A DNA stretch of 50,037 nucleotides. It comes from a virus. The notes under the pieces are model-generated. The model was not told the DNA's origin, searched no databases, and worked only from the letters and a program-made list of their open reading frames with translations. Both the position numbers and the translations under genes were made by a program. Positions 24,405 through 31,778 of the stretch are shown one piece after another. Location: IMG/VR virus record IMGVR_UViG_3300020559_000006; one strand, 5' to 3'. The stretch's first letter is position 1. Each line of letters opens with the position of its first letter.

Positions 24405-24923
24405 ATGAATAAACATAAACAGTTATCAATTTTTGACTTGTTTCCACAAGATGAGCAGGTGAGAGGCAAGGCAACTGAAACTCACCCCACACCACCACCT
24501 AGAAACTCAGTAATTGGCAAAATGAGGGCTATATCAATCCATGCTCCTCATGCTTATGCAATTTGCCTAGCAATAAAGCCCTATGAGTATAGAAACTCTC
24601 CTACAAAGTTTCGGGGTTGGGTTTTGATTCATTCCAGTGGCAGCAAAGCTAGTGATTCAAGCTTTAAAGACTATCAGTTAGAAGACATCAGACACCTTGT
24701 TTCCAGGCAAGCTTTAATTGGTGCTGGTTTTATATCAGACTGCCAGAGGATGGAAGAAGGGGGCTTTGCCTATTTATTCAGTGAGGTATTGTTATTTGAC
24801 AGCCCTGTTGAAGGGGTGAAGGGTTGCCAAAGCATATTTTGGGGGGACTGTAATGACCCTGCTAAAATAAAGGCTTTTGAGCAAGCTAGAGAAGAATTAA
24901 AGGCTTTTGATATTAGCCTTTAA
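24405..24923 (+). CDS. ASCH-like protein
   Basis: MRAISIHAPHAYAICLAIKPYEYRNSPTKFRGWVLIHSS matches the typical ASCH N-terminal pattern. Confidence 0.45.
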   Translation: MNKHKQLSIFDLFPQDEQVRGKATETHPTPPPRNSVIGKMRAISIHAPHAYAICLAIKPYEYRNSPTKFRGWVLIHSSGSKASDSSFKDYQLEDIRHLVSRQALIGAGFISDCQRMEEGGFAYLFSEVLLFDSPVEGVKGCQSIFWGDCNDPAKIKAFEQAREELKAFDISL

Positions 24924-24929
24924 TGTCCT

Positions 24930-24971
24930 GTAAAATAGAGGGTAATTAGTGCCAATTACCCTCTATTTTAC
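24930..24971 (+). other. Perfect 18-bp stem hairpin without a U tract
   Basis: GTAAAATAGAGGGTAATT-AGTGCC-AATTACCCTCTATTTTAC. Ends 1 nt before ATG 24973. Confidence 0.6.
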
Positions 24972-24972
24972 T

Positions 24973-25446
24973 ATGAATTGGATATACAGTATGCGTCCCG
25001 ATGTGGCGTTAATGGTGTTAGATAGCCAAATTAATATACTATTTTCTCCAATAAAAATAACCGGAAAAGTCGCAATTCATACGACATTTTATGAAGACAA
25101 GAAGGAACAAATAAAATGTGATCAAATGATTAGAGACATGGGGTACGAACCCGACCATATTCTCGAAGGTAGCTTAATGGGATGGGCAAAAGTTAAAGAG
25201 TGTATTGTTTACGATGACAATAGCTTTATGGCAGATTACAATAAGCACCGCTCTATAACGCCAAATTTACAGCAATTTAGGCAAGATAATCAATGGTATG
25301 GCGATGTTTTTGGAGTGTATTTAGAAAATATAAATATTCCAGCATTGCCGATAATCTGGATAGGGGAATACCAAAAACCCGGTACATGGTGGCAGCCCGG
25401 AGTACCGTTAGACTCCATCGGCTGCAAGATTTTATTTGCAAGTTAA
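24973..25446 (+). CDS. Hypothetical protein (weak ASCH/PUA-like resemblance)
   Basis: ORF; start uncertain (ATG 24973 or 24991). Confidence 0.4.
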   Translation: MNWIYSMRPDVALMVLDSQINILFSPIKITGKVAIHTTFYEDKKEQIKCDQMIRDMGYEPDHILEGSLMGWAKVKECIVYDDNSFMADYNKHRSITPNLQQFRQDNQWYGDVFGVYLENINIPALPIIWIGEYQKPGTWWQPGVPLDSIGCKILFAS

Positions 25447-26093
25447 GCGGCTCTTTGTGATCTTCGTCTATTGGCTATCTGTTTAATAAGTTGACCTCTA
25501 GCCGCCCTTGCTTCGCTAGGTCTAGGACGGACTGCTGGTGTTGGTGCTGTTGCTGATGCAGCCCTCCTAGAACCTCTGTTTTGATGGGGATCACCACTGG
25601 TGCTACCACCACCAGCATTGCCAGTCCTACCGCCACCACCGCCAGCATTAGCAGTAAGCCCACTTCTTCGTGCTTCTCTCATTGTCCTCCTAGAAGTTGG
25701 GTCAAGAAATTCTGCTGTCGAATAACGGTTTAGCCTGTTACGTCTTCTGGCTGGGGTATCATTGTAAGCATCAAAGCCAATCCTCATCCTCCGTGGCGTA
25801 CCTTGTCCACCTCCAATACCTCTAGCAACGTTAGCAATGCCGCCTCTAGTGCTACCGCCACCAGCATTGCCAGTGCTACCGCCACCAGCATTGCCAGTCC
25901 TACCGCCTCTTCGTGCTGTTTCTGCTATTACTTGCGGCCTACTACGTGTATCAGTAAAATCCCCCCTTTGTTGTGCTGGTGTGAAAAAACGGTTAATCCT
26001 GTTGCGAGTTCTAGGGTTCTCAAAATCAAGTCCAGTACTTATCCGTCGCCTACCTTGTCCGCCTCTAGTGCTTCTAGCAACGCCTCTAGCCAT
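25443..26093 (-). CDS. Arg/Gly-rich low-complexity protein with internal duplication
   Basis: Repeats GRTGNAGGGST(GNAGGGST) and two RxRNRxNRF/Y segments. ATG 26093 after AGGA. All other frames open here are shadows. Confidence 0.55.
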   Translation of the reverse strand: MARGVARSTRGGQGRRRISTGLDFENPRTRNRINRFFTPAQQRGDFTDTRSRPQVIAETARRGGRTGNAGGGSTGNAGGGSTRGGIANVARGIGGGQGTPRRMRIGFDAYNDTPARRRNRLNRYSTAEFLDPTSRRTMREARRSGLTANAGGGGGRTGNAGGGSTSGDPHQNRGSRRAASATAPTPAVRPRPSEARAARGQLIKQIANRRRSQRAA

Positions 26094-26140
26094 AACGGTC
26101 AATCCTAATTTTGTAAATATGTTTATCTTTAGTTTTCCCA

Positions 26141-26470
26141 ATGACGGTATTAGCAGAAAGTGATGCAGTTCACTACGAGTTACTGACAGATGAGAGCGAG
26201 ATTATCGGCAGCGTGTTTGCTGTTGACCAGTGCGAGTATATCGAGATAGTTGATTTATCCGTTGGACAAGAATTTCAAGGTCAAGGTTATGGGCGATCGC
26301 TCATGCAGATAATCTTTGACAATCACCCAGACACCATACTTTGTTTACGATGCAGCGCGTTCGACAATGGATTAAGTCAGGAAAACTTAGCGGAATGGTA
26401 TAAACGGCTGGGATTTGTGGATGGTACACCATTTCATCAAGGTGATGGGTGGATGCACAGACCTATTTAG
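26141..26470 (+). CDS. GNAT-family acetyltransferase
   Basis: Motif A VGQEFQGQGYGRSLMQ and C-terminal WYKRLGF. Confidence 0.6.
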   Translation: MTVLAESDAVHYELLTDESEIIGSVFAVDQCEYIEIVDLSVGQEFQGQGYGRSLMQIIFDNHPDTILCLRCSAFDNGLSQENLAEWYKRLGFVDGTPFHQGDGWMHRPI

Positions 26471-27353
26471 CCGTCAGCCTGGCGCTAACTTCTGGGAACA
26501 AGTCACACAATTCTTTGAGTTGAACGGGTGCGTAACGCGCTAACCACTTATAATAAGTTCCACACAGAATTTCTGGGCTACAATACCAAAGCGTCCGGGG
26601 AAATGGCTTGCCTTTTTTCTGCGGTATTTGGTGCATTGAGTAAATAGGTGAGATTGGTGCGTCCTCTTCCACTAGCAACGCCCAAACATCAATATCAAGC
26701 CAATCACCTATCGGGAGTCCACGCACATAGGGTAAATAGTCTTTTTTGTCCTGATCACGGAATTGAATTAGTCCTTCTCGACTAATTTCAAACTGGCGTT
26801 CCATGCCTTCCGCGCCGCGATTTCCCCACATACACATTACATTGGGGTTTCCATCACCATAATTATGCTGAAATTGATAGATGGCTTCGTAGGAAATGCT
26901 ATCCCTCATTTCTCCCCAATCCCAAAAATTCAATGGTTGTCCATCTTTAGTTTTTAATCCGTAAGAATTACCCCAATCTAAATATTTTTTAATAATTAAT
27001 GGAAACGGGTCATCAGTTAAATACTCCTCATAATAAAACCCGTTACCAAATGAATTGATATAATCCTCCCACTCTGGCAAAACATCATAGTGGTGCGGAA
27101 GTTCCGCACCGCAATCAATAATTAAATTACAATAATCAACCTCTGCTAATTCCAAAATTATTGCAGTTGCCATTGAGTCTTTACCGTACCCAAACCACAA
27201 TCCTGGTATGACATCCTGATTAATTTTAGGATCATCATACCAAGTCCGCACACGCTCAATGGTTTTGTTCTTGAGTGCCTGAAATTCATCAGTTTTCGCC
27301 CGTTTCGCTGCTTCTATATATTTCTTCTGCGGCAGTGCTTTCGATATTTCCAT
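26463..27353 (-). CDS. PAPS-reductase-like (PP-loop; IbrA-like) protein
   Basis: WFGYGKDSMATAIIL resembles the SGGKDS PP-loop. Last gene of the sigma-ParB operon. Confidence 0.5.
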   Translation of the reverse strand: MEISKALPQKKYIEAAKRAKTDEFQALKNKTIERVRTWYDDPKINQDVIPGLWFGYGKDSMATAIILELAEVDYCNLIIDCGAELPHHYDVLPEWEDYINSFGNGFYYEEYLTDDPFPLIIKKYLDWGNSYGLKTKDGQPLNFWDWGEMRDSISYEAIYQFQHNYGDGNPNVMCMWGNRGAEGMERQFEISREGLIQFRDQDKKDYLPYVRGLPIGDWLDIDVWALLVEEDAPISPIYSMHQIPQKKGKPFPRTLWYCSPEILCGTYYKWLARYAPVQLKELCDLFPEVSARLTAK

Positions 27354-27981
27354 CTCCCCAAATATCCCCTTCTAAAATGTTTTCAGGCCAAGTCAGTACA
27401 TCTTCTTCTGTGCGCTGCACTTCTTCTTGGGTTTCTTCGCTGTCATCTTCTTCTTGGTCGTCACTTTCTTCTTGGGCATCATGGATTAATTTCTCCAATT
27501 CTTCTAGTGGTAAATCAGCGTCTAGTTTCAATTGTTGAATACAAGCAAGTGCTAATTCTCGCGCCATTCTGTCTTGTGATTTTTGCAGAATAGCAACAAT
27601 AAATGCCTTGCAAATATCTAACTGACGGCGGACATCCCCCATTTTTGATAGGCGAACCGCGCCATCCGCTAAAGCTAAAGTTCCCTGAAATGCTGCCAAC
27701 ATTCCGTTTAAATCAAGTCCTAAAAGCCGCAGTTTTAATTCTTCGACAAACTCAAAAGTTAGCTCCCCTTGTTCAACTAAAATTTCACACGCTTGGAGCA
27801 AAGTTTTCCCTTCTTTGGAGAATTTCCCCGCGCCTTCAATTTGTGAAAGAATCCGACCATGGGCAGCATAAAAACTCTCACGGACAATGCTCTCAAAGTC
27901 ATAATCTTGGGCATCCGTGAAAGCGTCGCGCCATTTCCCAGATAATCGTTTACCGTAGAGTCCGTTATTCTTCTTTGGCAT
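27289..27981 (-). CDS. Hypothetical protein with acidic C-terminal tract
   Basis: 230-aa ORF; EESDDQEEDDSEETQEE tail. Overlaps the downstream gene by 65 nt. Confidence 0.5.
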   Translation of the reverse strand: MPKKNNGLYGKRLSGKWRDAFTDAQDYDFESIVRESFYAAHGRILSQIEGAGKFSKEGKTLLQACEILVEQGELTFEFVEELKLRLLGLDLNGMLAAFQGTLALADGAVRLSKMGDVRRQLDICKAFIVAILQKSQDRMARELALACIQQLKLDADLPLEELEKLIHDAQEESDDQEEDDSEETQEEVQRTEEDVLTWPENILEGDIWGDGNIESTAAEEIYRSSETGEN

Positions 27982-28270
27982 TACGAACCAACCGGACTAC
28001 TTGGGTAATTATCTTGTTGACTTCCTGCATCGCTTTTGAACGGCGACCATGCCTGATGTTGTTCTTTCCACATTTGGATTTATCGCGTGGTCCGGTTGAC
28101 TTCTCCCAAGGCCTATGTACTAAACATCGTTGACGTGCGGCTTCTATAAACTCAGGTGATAGGTTTTTCCGCTTGTACCTTTTAGGCGGATATTTTTTAG
28201 CCCTGAATGACTCCAAAAACTTGTCAGAATCCAACGTTTTCGGCTGTGATTGCTCCGTCTGTACTGTCAT
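27965..28270 (-). CDS. Small basic protein
   Basis: 101 aa, Lys/Arg-rich; overlaps both neighbours. Confidence 0.45.
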   Translation of the reverse strand: MTVQTEQSQPKTLDSDKFLESFRAKKYPPKRYKRKNLSPEFIEAARQRCLVHRPWEKSTGPRDKSKCGKNNIRHGRRSKAMQEVNKIITQVVRLVRNAKEE

Positions 28271-29195
28271 TTATTGCCACTCCTAACTCGGTGCTCATCA
28301 TGTCTACTATCTTTAGAATTACCTGACTCCGATATTGCTGAACCATGCCCTCAGTTGAGATGCCAATTTTGGGTGCAAGTTGGTCAAGTTTAGAGCGAAA
28401 ATTAGCTAAATCACCCTTATCTAAAAAGATAAAAAACTGTGTTTGCTCACCCTTCCCGGTGTAGTTAATTGACTGAACTGCACCAACATCTGTCACATTT
28501 TCAGTTTCAACAATGACCTTTTCCGCAGGTGGTGGAGGTGTGTAATCGCTTCTACTGGGTGTTACGTCAATGGTAGTGCCATCTTCACTCATTTGAGGAT
28601 TTGGGTATTTCTCGTCATCAAAATCGTAACCCGTTTCTTCCTGTTCCTCTTCCGGTTCTTCTTTGCGAACTAGAAAGGCTCGCATAAAACTGTTAGCAGT
28701 TGAAGTATCCCAACCCGCTGTTTTAATCTGTCTTTTGGGCATTTGCGCCAAAATTGCGGCAATTTTACCGGGGTCATCACGTCCATCATGGCTAGTATTG
28801 TTAAGTCGAAGCAGCGCCGACTTTTGGGATAGTTCATCGAGCGTGACGGGAACGACGGGGATAGCAGTCCAATAATTAGCACAAAACCGCTCTCGATGTT
28901 TTTCGGCTACTTTATCTCTCCCCGTCCCTTTGATCCACCGATCCCACTCTTTCAGGAAAAAATCTTCATCCTGTTGGCTTAACCAATCCGCACCCTGAAC
29001 CCTGCCATGTCCTGAGATGAGGTAGCCGAAACTACCGTCTAGGTTTCGCTGAATTGTGGGGTAAATCAACCATCCAAAATCTAGCAAGCTGTCACGAATC
29101 CAAGGCAAATCATTCTCTTCTGAATGTTCGCGGGGATTTTCAGGGTGGAATTTTGCCAATACGCTGGAGATTGGCAATCGTAAAACTTCACTCAT
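28224..29195 (-). CDS. ParB-like N-terminal domain protein (IbrB-like)
   Basis: GYLISGHGRVQGADWL box. Acidic linker and unknown C-terminal half. Confidence 0.55.
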   Translation of the reverse strand: MSEVLRLPISSVLAKFHPENPREHSEENDLPWIRDSLLDFGWLIYPTIQRNLDGSFGYLISGHGRVQGADWLSQQDEDFFLKEWDRWIKGTGRDKVAEKHRERFCANYWTAIPVVPVTLDELSQKSALLRLNNTSHDGRDDPGKIAAILAQMPKRQIKTAGWDTSTANSFMRAFLVRKEEPEEEQEETGYDFDDEKYPNPQMSEDGTTIDVTPSRSDYTPPPPAEKVIVETENVTDVGAVQSINYTGKGEQTQFFIFLDKGDLANFRSKLDQLAPKIGISTEGMVQQYRSQVILKIVDMMSTELGVAINDSTDGAITAENVGF

Positions 29196-30309
29196 TTTTA
29201 GCCTTCTCTACCGCTTGTTGTGAGTGAATCATTGCCTCATGCAGCGATTTTAACGCCGCTTCTACTTGAGGAGAATCGCCACAGGTTTTGATCACCCAAT
29301 CTGCAAGTCCGGTAAACTTGCTGGTAATTTGCCATTGTTGTTGTACTACCGTCATTTGTTTCTTCGATAGATTTATTAAATTATTGATAACATAATTTTT
29401 ACTCCATAGGTAAGCGGTGCTGTGGTCAACTCCCAAATAAGTTTCACACCAATAACTAGATTTACCGTTAGCGATCGCCTCCAATACTTTCACCTTCACA
29501 TCATTAGAATAGCCACGTCTCCCAGTCGGTAACGGGTTTTCTCTGAATTGAGTCTGGCAGGACTTACACAAATAACCCTGTTTTCCGTCACGCTTACCAT
29601 TTTTAATAGTTTGGTAATCTTTGCAATTTGGGCATTGAACCCGCCCTACTGCTATCAACTTTAATTTTCGTAAAGCGTCAGATTCAATTCGGCGCAACTC
29701 CTTCAATTTAATATTATGGATTTGGCACAACATTTTGGCGGGGATATGGGTAATATATAAATCTTTGATGATTGTGGCGTGAAGTTCTGGCAACTTATCA
29801 AGCAGCGGGAGAATTGACTCTGATTCCTCTGCTTGCTCCGTTGTCAACTGTTCGGGTAGTTCAGGATTATTTTGATTGCAAGCTATCGCCGCCTCTTTGG
29901 CAACTTGTAAAGAGATATTTAGTTCAATGGCCGCTTGTTCATAAGTTACGCCATGTTTTTGCGCGTGTCGCTTCAATTTTTGGTGGGTTTCTTGGAGGGG
30001 ACGCGGAACTTTTACCATCCGCGCTTTATCCCTGACAAATTGCGCCATTGCACCATAAATAAACGGCACGGCGTAACTGGAAAGTTTAATTTTCTTAGTA
30101 GGGTCAAACCTCTCCACCGCTTTGATTAATCCCTCCGCCCCAATTTGTATCAGGTCTTCTCTTGGGACTGTGCAGCAAGCGGTCATTTTACCTGCTATAT
30201 GACCGACTAGCCCCATGTTAGTCTCAACTATTTTGTTTCTCAGTCGGATGTCCCTGGTTTGGTGAAAATTAATTAAAAGTTGCTGATTGTCTAAGTATGC
30301 CGCGTCCAT
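29188..30309 (-). CDS. Sigma-70 family factor fused to a C-terminal InsA-like zinc ribbon plus HTH
   Basis: Region 2 DLIQIGAEGLIKAVERFDP...SYAVPFIYGAMAQFVRD, region 3 VKVPRPLQE, region 4 ELRRIESDALRKLK. Then CPNCKDYQTIKNGKRDGKQGYLCKSCQTQF. Confidence 0.85.
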   Translation of the reverse strand: MDAAYLDNQQLLINFHQTRDIRLRNKIVETNMGLVGHIAGKMTACCTVPREDLIQIGAEGLIKAVERFDPTKKIKLSSYAVPFIYGAMAQFVRDKARMVKVPRPLQETHQKLKRHAQKHGVTYEQAAIELNISLQVAKEAAIACNQNNPELPEQLTTEQAEESESILPLLDKLPELHATIIKDLYITHIPAKMLCQIHNIKLKELRRIESDALRKLKLIAVGRVQCPNCKDYQTIKNGKRDGKQGYLCKSCQTQFRENPLPTGRRGYSNDVKVKVLEAIANGKSSYWCETYLGVDHSTAYLWSKNYVINNLINLSKKQMTVVQQQWQITSKFTGLADWVIKTCGDSPQVEAALKSLHEAMIHSQQAVEKAKNE

Positions 30310-30695
30310 TTATCCCAAATTTAGTAATAACTTTTAAATTACCCAGTCCTGGCGTGTTTGTCACTGACCCCGAAACAGGAAACCCTGTGCAAACTACAAC
30401 TGATGTAGTAGTACAAGCATGGATGGAGGGTAACGCCGCAGTTAAACCCGAACCAGGGCAAAACCCAAATGTAGTTAACTTGCGCGGGTATGCTGTAAAA
30501 CCCCGATTACTGCCAACTGAGTTGATCCGTAAACAGTCGGAAGCATCAGCCGTTTATGTTGACCCATTGACGGGGAATGAGCAAACGGGGAAATTTACGC
30601 TACAACCGCAGTTTGACGGAAAACGCCCCAGAGTTACAAAGGCTTTAGCCCGTGCTTTGGGGTCTGAATTACAAGGTACTTTTGAGTTTAGTTGA
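30297..30695 (+). CDS. Hypothetical protein (start uncertain)
   Basis: 132-aa ORF whose ATG overlaps the sigma gene start head-to-head by 13 nt. Confidence 0.4.
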   Translation: MPRPFIPNLVITFKLPSPGVFVTDPETGNPVQTTTDVVVQAWMEGNAAVKPEPGQNPNVVNLRGYAVKPRLLPTELIRKQSEASAVYVDPLTGNEQTGKFTLQPQFDGKRPRVTKALARALGSELQGTFEFS

Positions 30696-30879
30696 ACATT
30701 AAAAGCACCCTTTGAGGCGCTTTATTCACAAGGTGGAGAAATTCTTGCCTTACCTAATGGACATAAATTTTTTGACTCTTAACTTTACAACAAGCAGGGC
30801 ATTTTACACCCTCCAAATCTTCCCGTTCCGTACAAATTTTGATTTGAGAATTTACTACATCTTCATTTAAATAAAGCAT

Positions 30880-30912
30880 AAAAAATGGGGTGATAGTTCA
30901 CCCCATTTTTTT
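30880..30912. terminator. Bidirectional rho-independent terminator
   Basis: AAAAAA-TGGGGTGA-TAGT-TCACCCCA-TTTTTTT between convergent genes. Confidence 0.8.
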
Positions 30913-30968
30913 AACCTACTTTCATGCTTTTCTTGAATTTACTAGCATTAGTACAGGTTGTTAGTTGG

Positions 30969-31226
30969 TTAGTAAGGGGCGTTTTGAATCAACCATTGAA
31001 TGTCCCCCTCATAGAGTTCCTGGTCTTCAGAGAACTCATTAACAAGATGACAAGCTTTGACAGCTTCACCTAGCAATTGTTTTGTTTGGCTCTGATCAGA
31101 CATCCAAAATGTCCAGTTTTTTTGATTACCTAATTCAACCATTTTTGCAAAAATTTCTTTTGCATATTCACACACTTTAGACCCCCATATCCAAGCACAT
31201 ATTAAATCAATTTCTACATTTTTCAT
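30969..31226 (-). CDS. Early protein, unknown function (85 aa)
   Basis: ATG 31226 after AAAGG, downstream of P5. Confidence 0.65.
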   Translation of the reverse strand: MKNVEIDLICAWIWGSKVCEYAKEIFAKMVELGNQKNWTFWMSDQSQTKQLLGEAVKACHLVNEFSEDQELYEGDIQWLIQNAPY

Positions 31227-31247
31227 GGTTTTACCTTTATTTCTCAA

Positions 31248-31330
31248 CTCTCACTCTTATATAGTAACAGGATAACAAATATTTGTCAAGGGGTTTTGGA
31301 AAGTTTTTTTAAAATATTTTTTTGATGACT
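31248..31330 (-). promoter_or_regulatory. Early promoter P5 (minus strand)
   Basis: -35 at 31289..31284, -10 at 31266..31261. Nearly identical to P1-P4, including the upstream element. Confidence 0.8.
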
Positions 31331-31354
31331 AAAAAACCCTCAAAATAGAGGGTT
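31331..31354 (-). terminator. Terminator of the repeated terminator-promoter unit
   Basis: The minus strand reads AACCCTC-TATTTT-GAGGGTT-TTTTT, 8 nt after the stop of 31362..31568. Confidence 0.7.
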
Positions 31355-31361
31355 ATATGCG

Positions 31362-31568
31362 TTATTCACCTTGTTTTTCTTTCTTCAATTTTGCCCGCTT
31401 TAGTCGCATATACTCTCTCATGTACTCTCGTTTGGCATCCTTGCGTTCGCGGTCTAATTCGCGTTCACGTTCCCTGACTTCAGGCTTCTGGCGATATTTC
31501 TTCCTCCGTGCCTTACCTTTTTCAGATCTTTCGTAATTCCATTGAGCTTTTCTTAAATTCTCGTCCAT
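31362..31568 (-). CDS. Highly basic coiled-coil-like small protein (68 aa)
   Basis: KARRKKYRQKPEVRERERELDRERKDAKREYMREYMRLKRAKLKKEK. Driven by P6. Confidence 0.6.
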   Translation of the reverse strand: MDENLRKAQWNYERSEKGKARRKKYRQKPEVRERERELDRERKDAKREYMREYMRLKRAKLKKEKQGE

Positions 31569-31648
31569 CGTGTTATACTCCTAATATTCCTGTTGAACTC
31601 TCACAATTTTCGCAGAGAAGACATAGCACCCCTCATGAGGGGTGCTAT
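31553..31648. repeat. ~95-bp direct repeat, copy A
   Basis: Covers the first 5 codons and 5' leader of 31362..31568 plus the 26-nt palindrome 31623-31648. About 85% identical to 33445-33542. Confidence 0.85.
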
Positions 31649-31675
31649 TGGTTTAGGGTTTCACTGTTTTTGACC

Positions 31676-31740
31676 TCTCTACATTTATATAGTAACAGCC
31701 TAACAAATATTCGTCAAGGGGGTTTTGGAAAGTTTTTCAA
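31676..31740 (-). promoter_or_regulatory. Early promoter P6 (diverged family member, TTGACG-17-TACTAT)
   Basis: -35 at 31717..31712, -10 at 31694..31689. The palindrome is degenerate (ACGAATATTTGT). Confidence 0.65.
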
Positions 31741-31778
31741 ATCAGGGGAAAGCTTGCTAAAACAGGATAAATATCAGT

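Noticed and set aside
25475-26163. ORFs 25475..25663 (minus), 25803..26108 and 25837..26163 (plus)
   Set aside because: They are alternative frames of the repetitive Arg/Gly-rich gene. No independent start signals.
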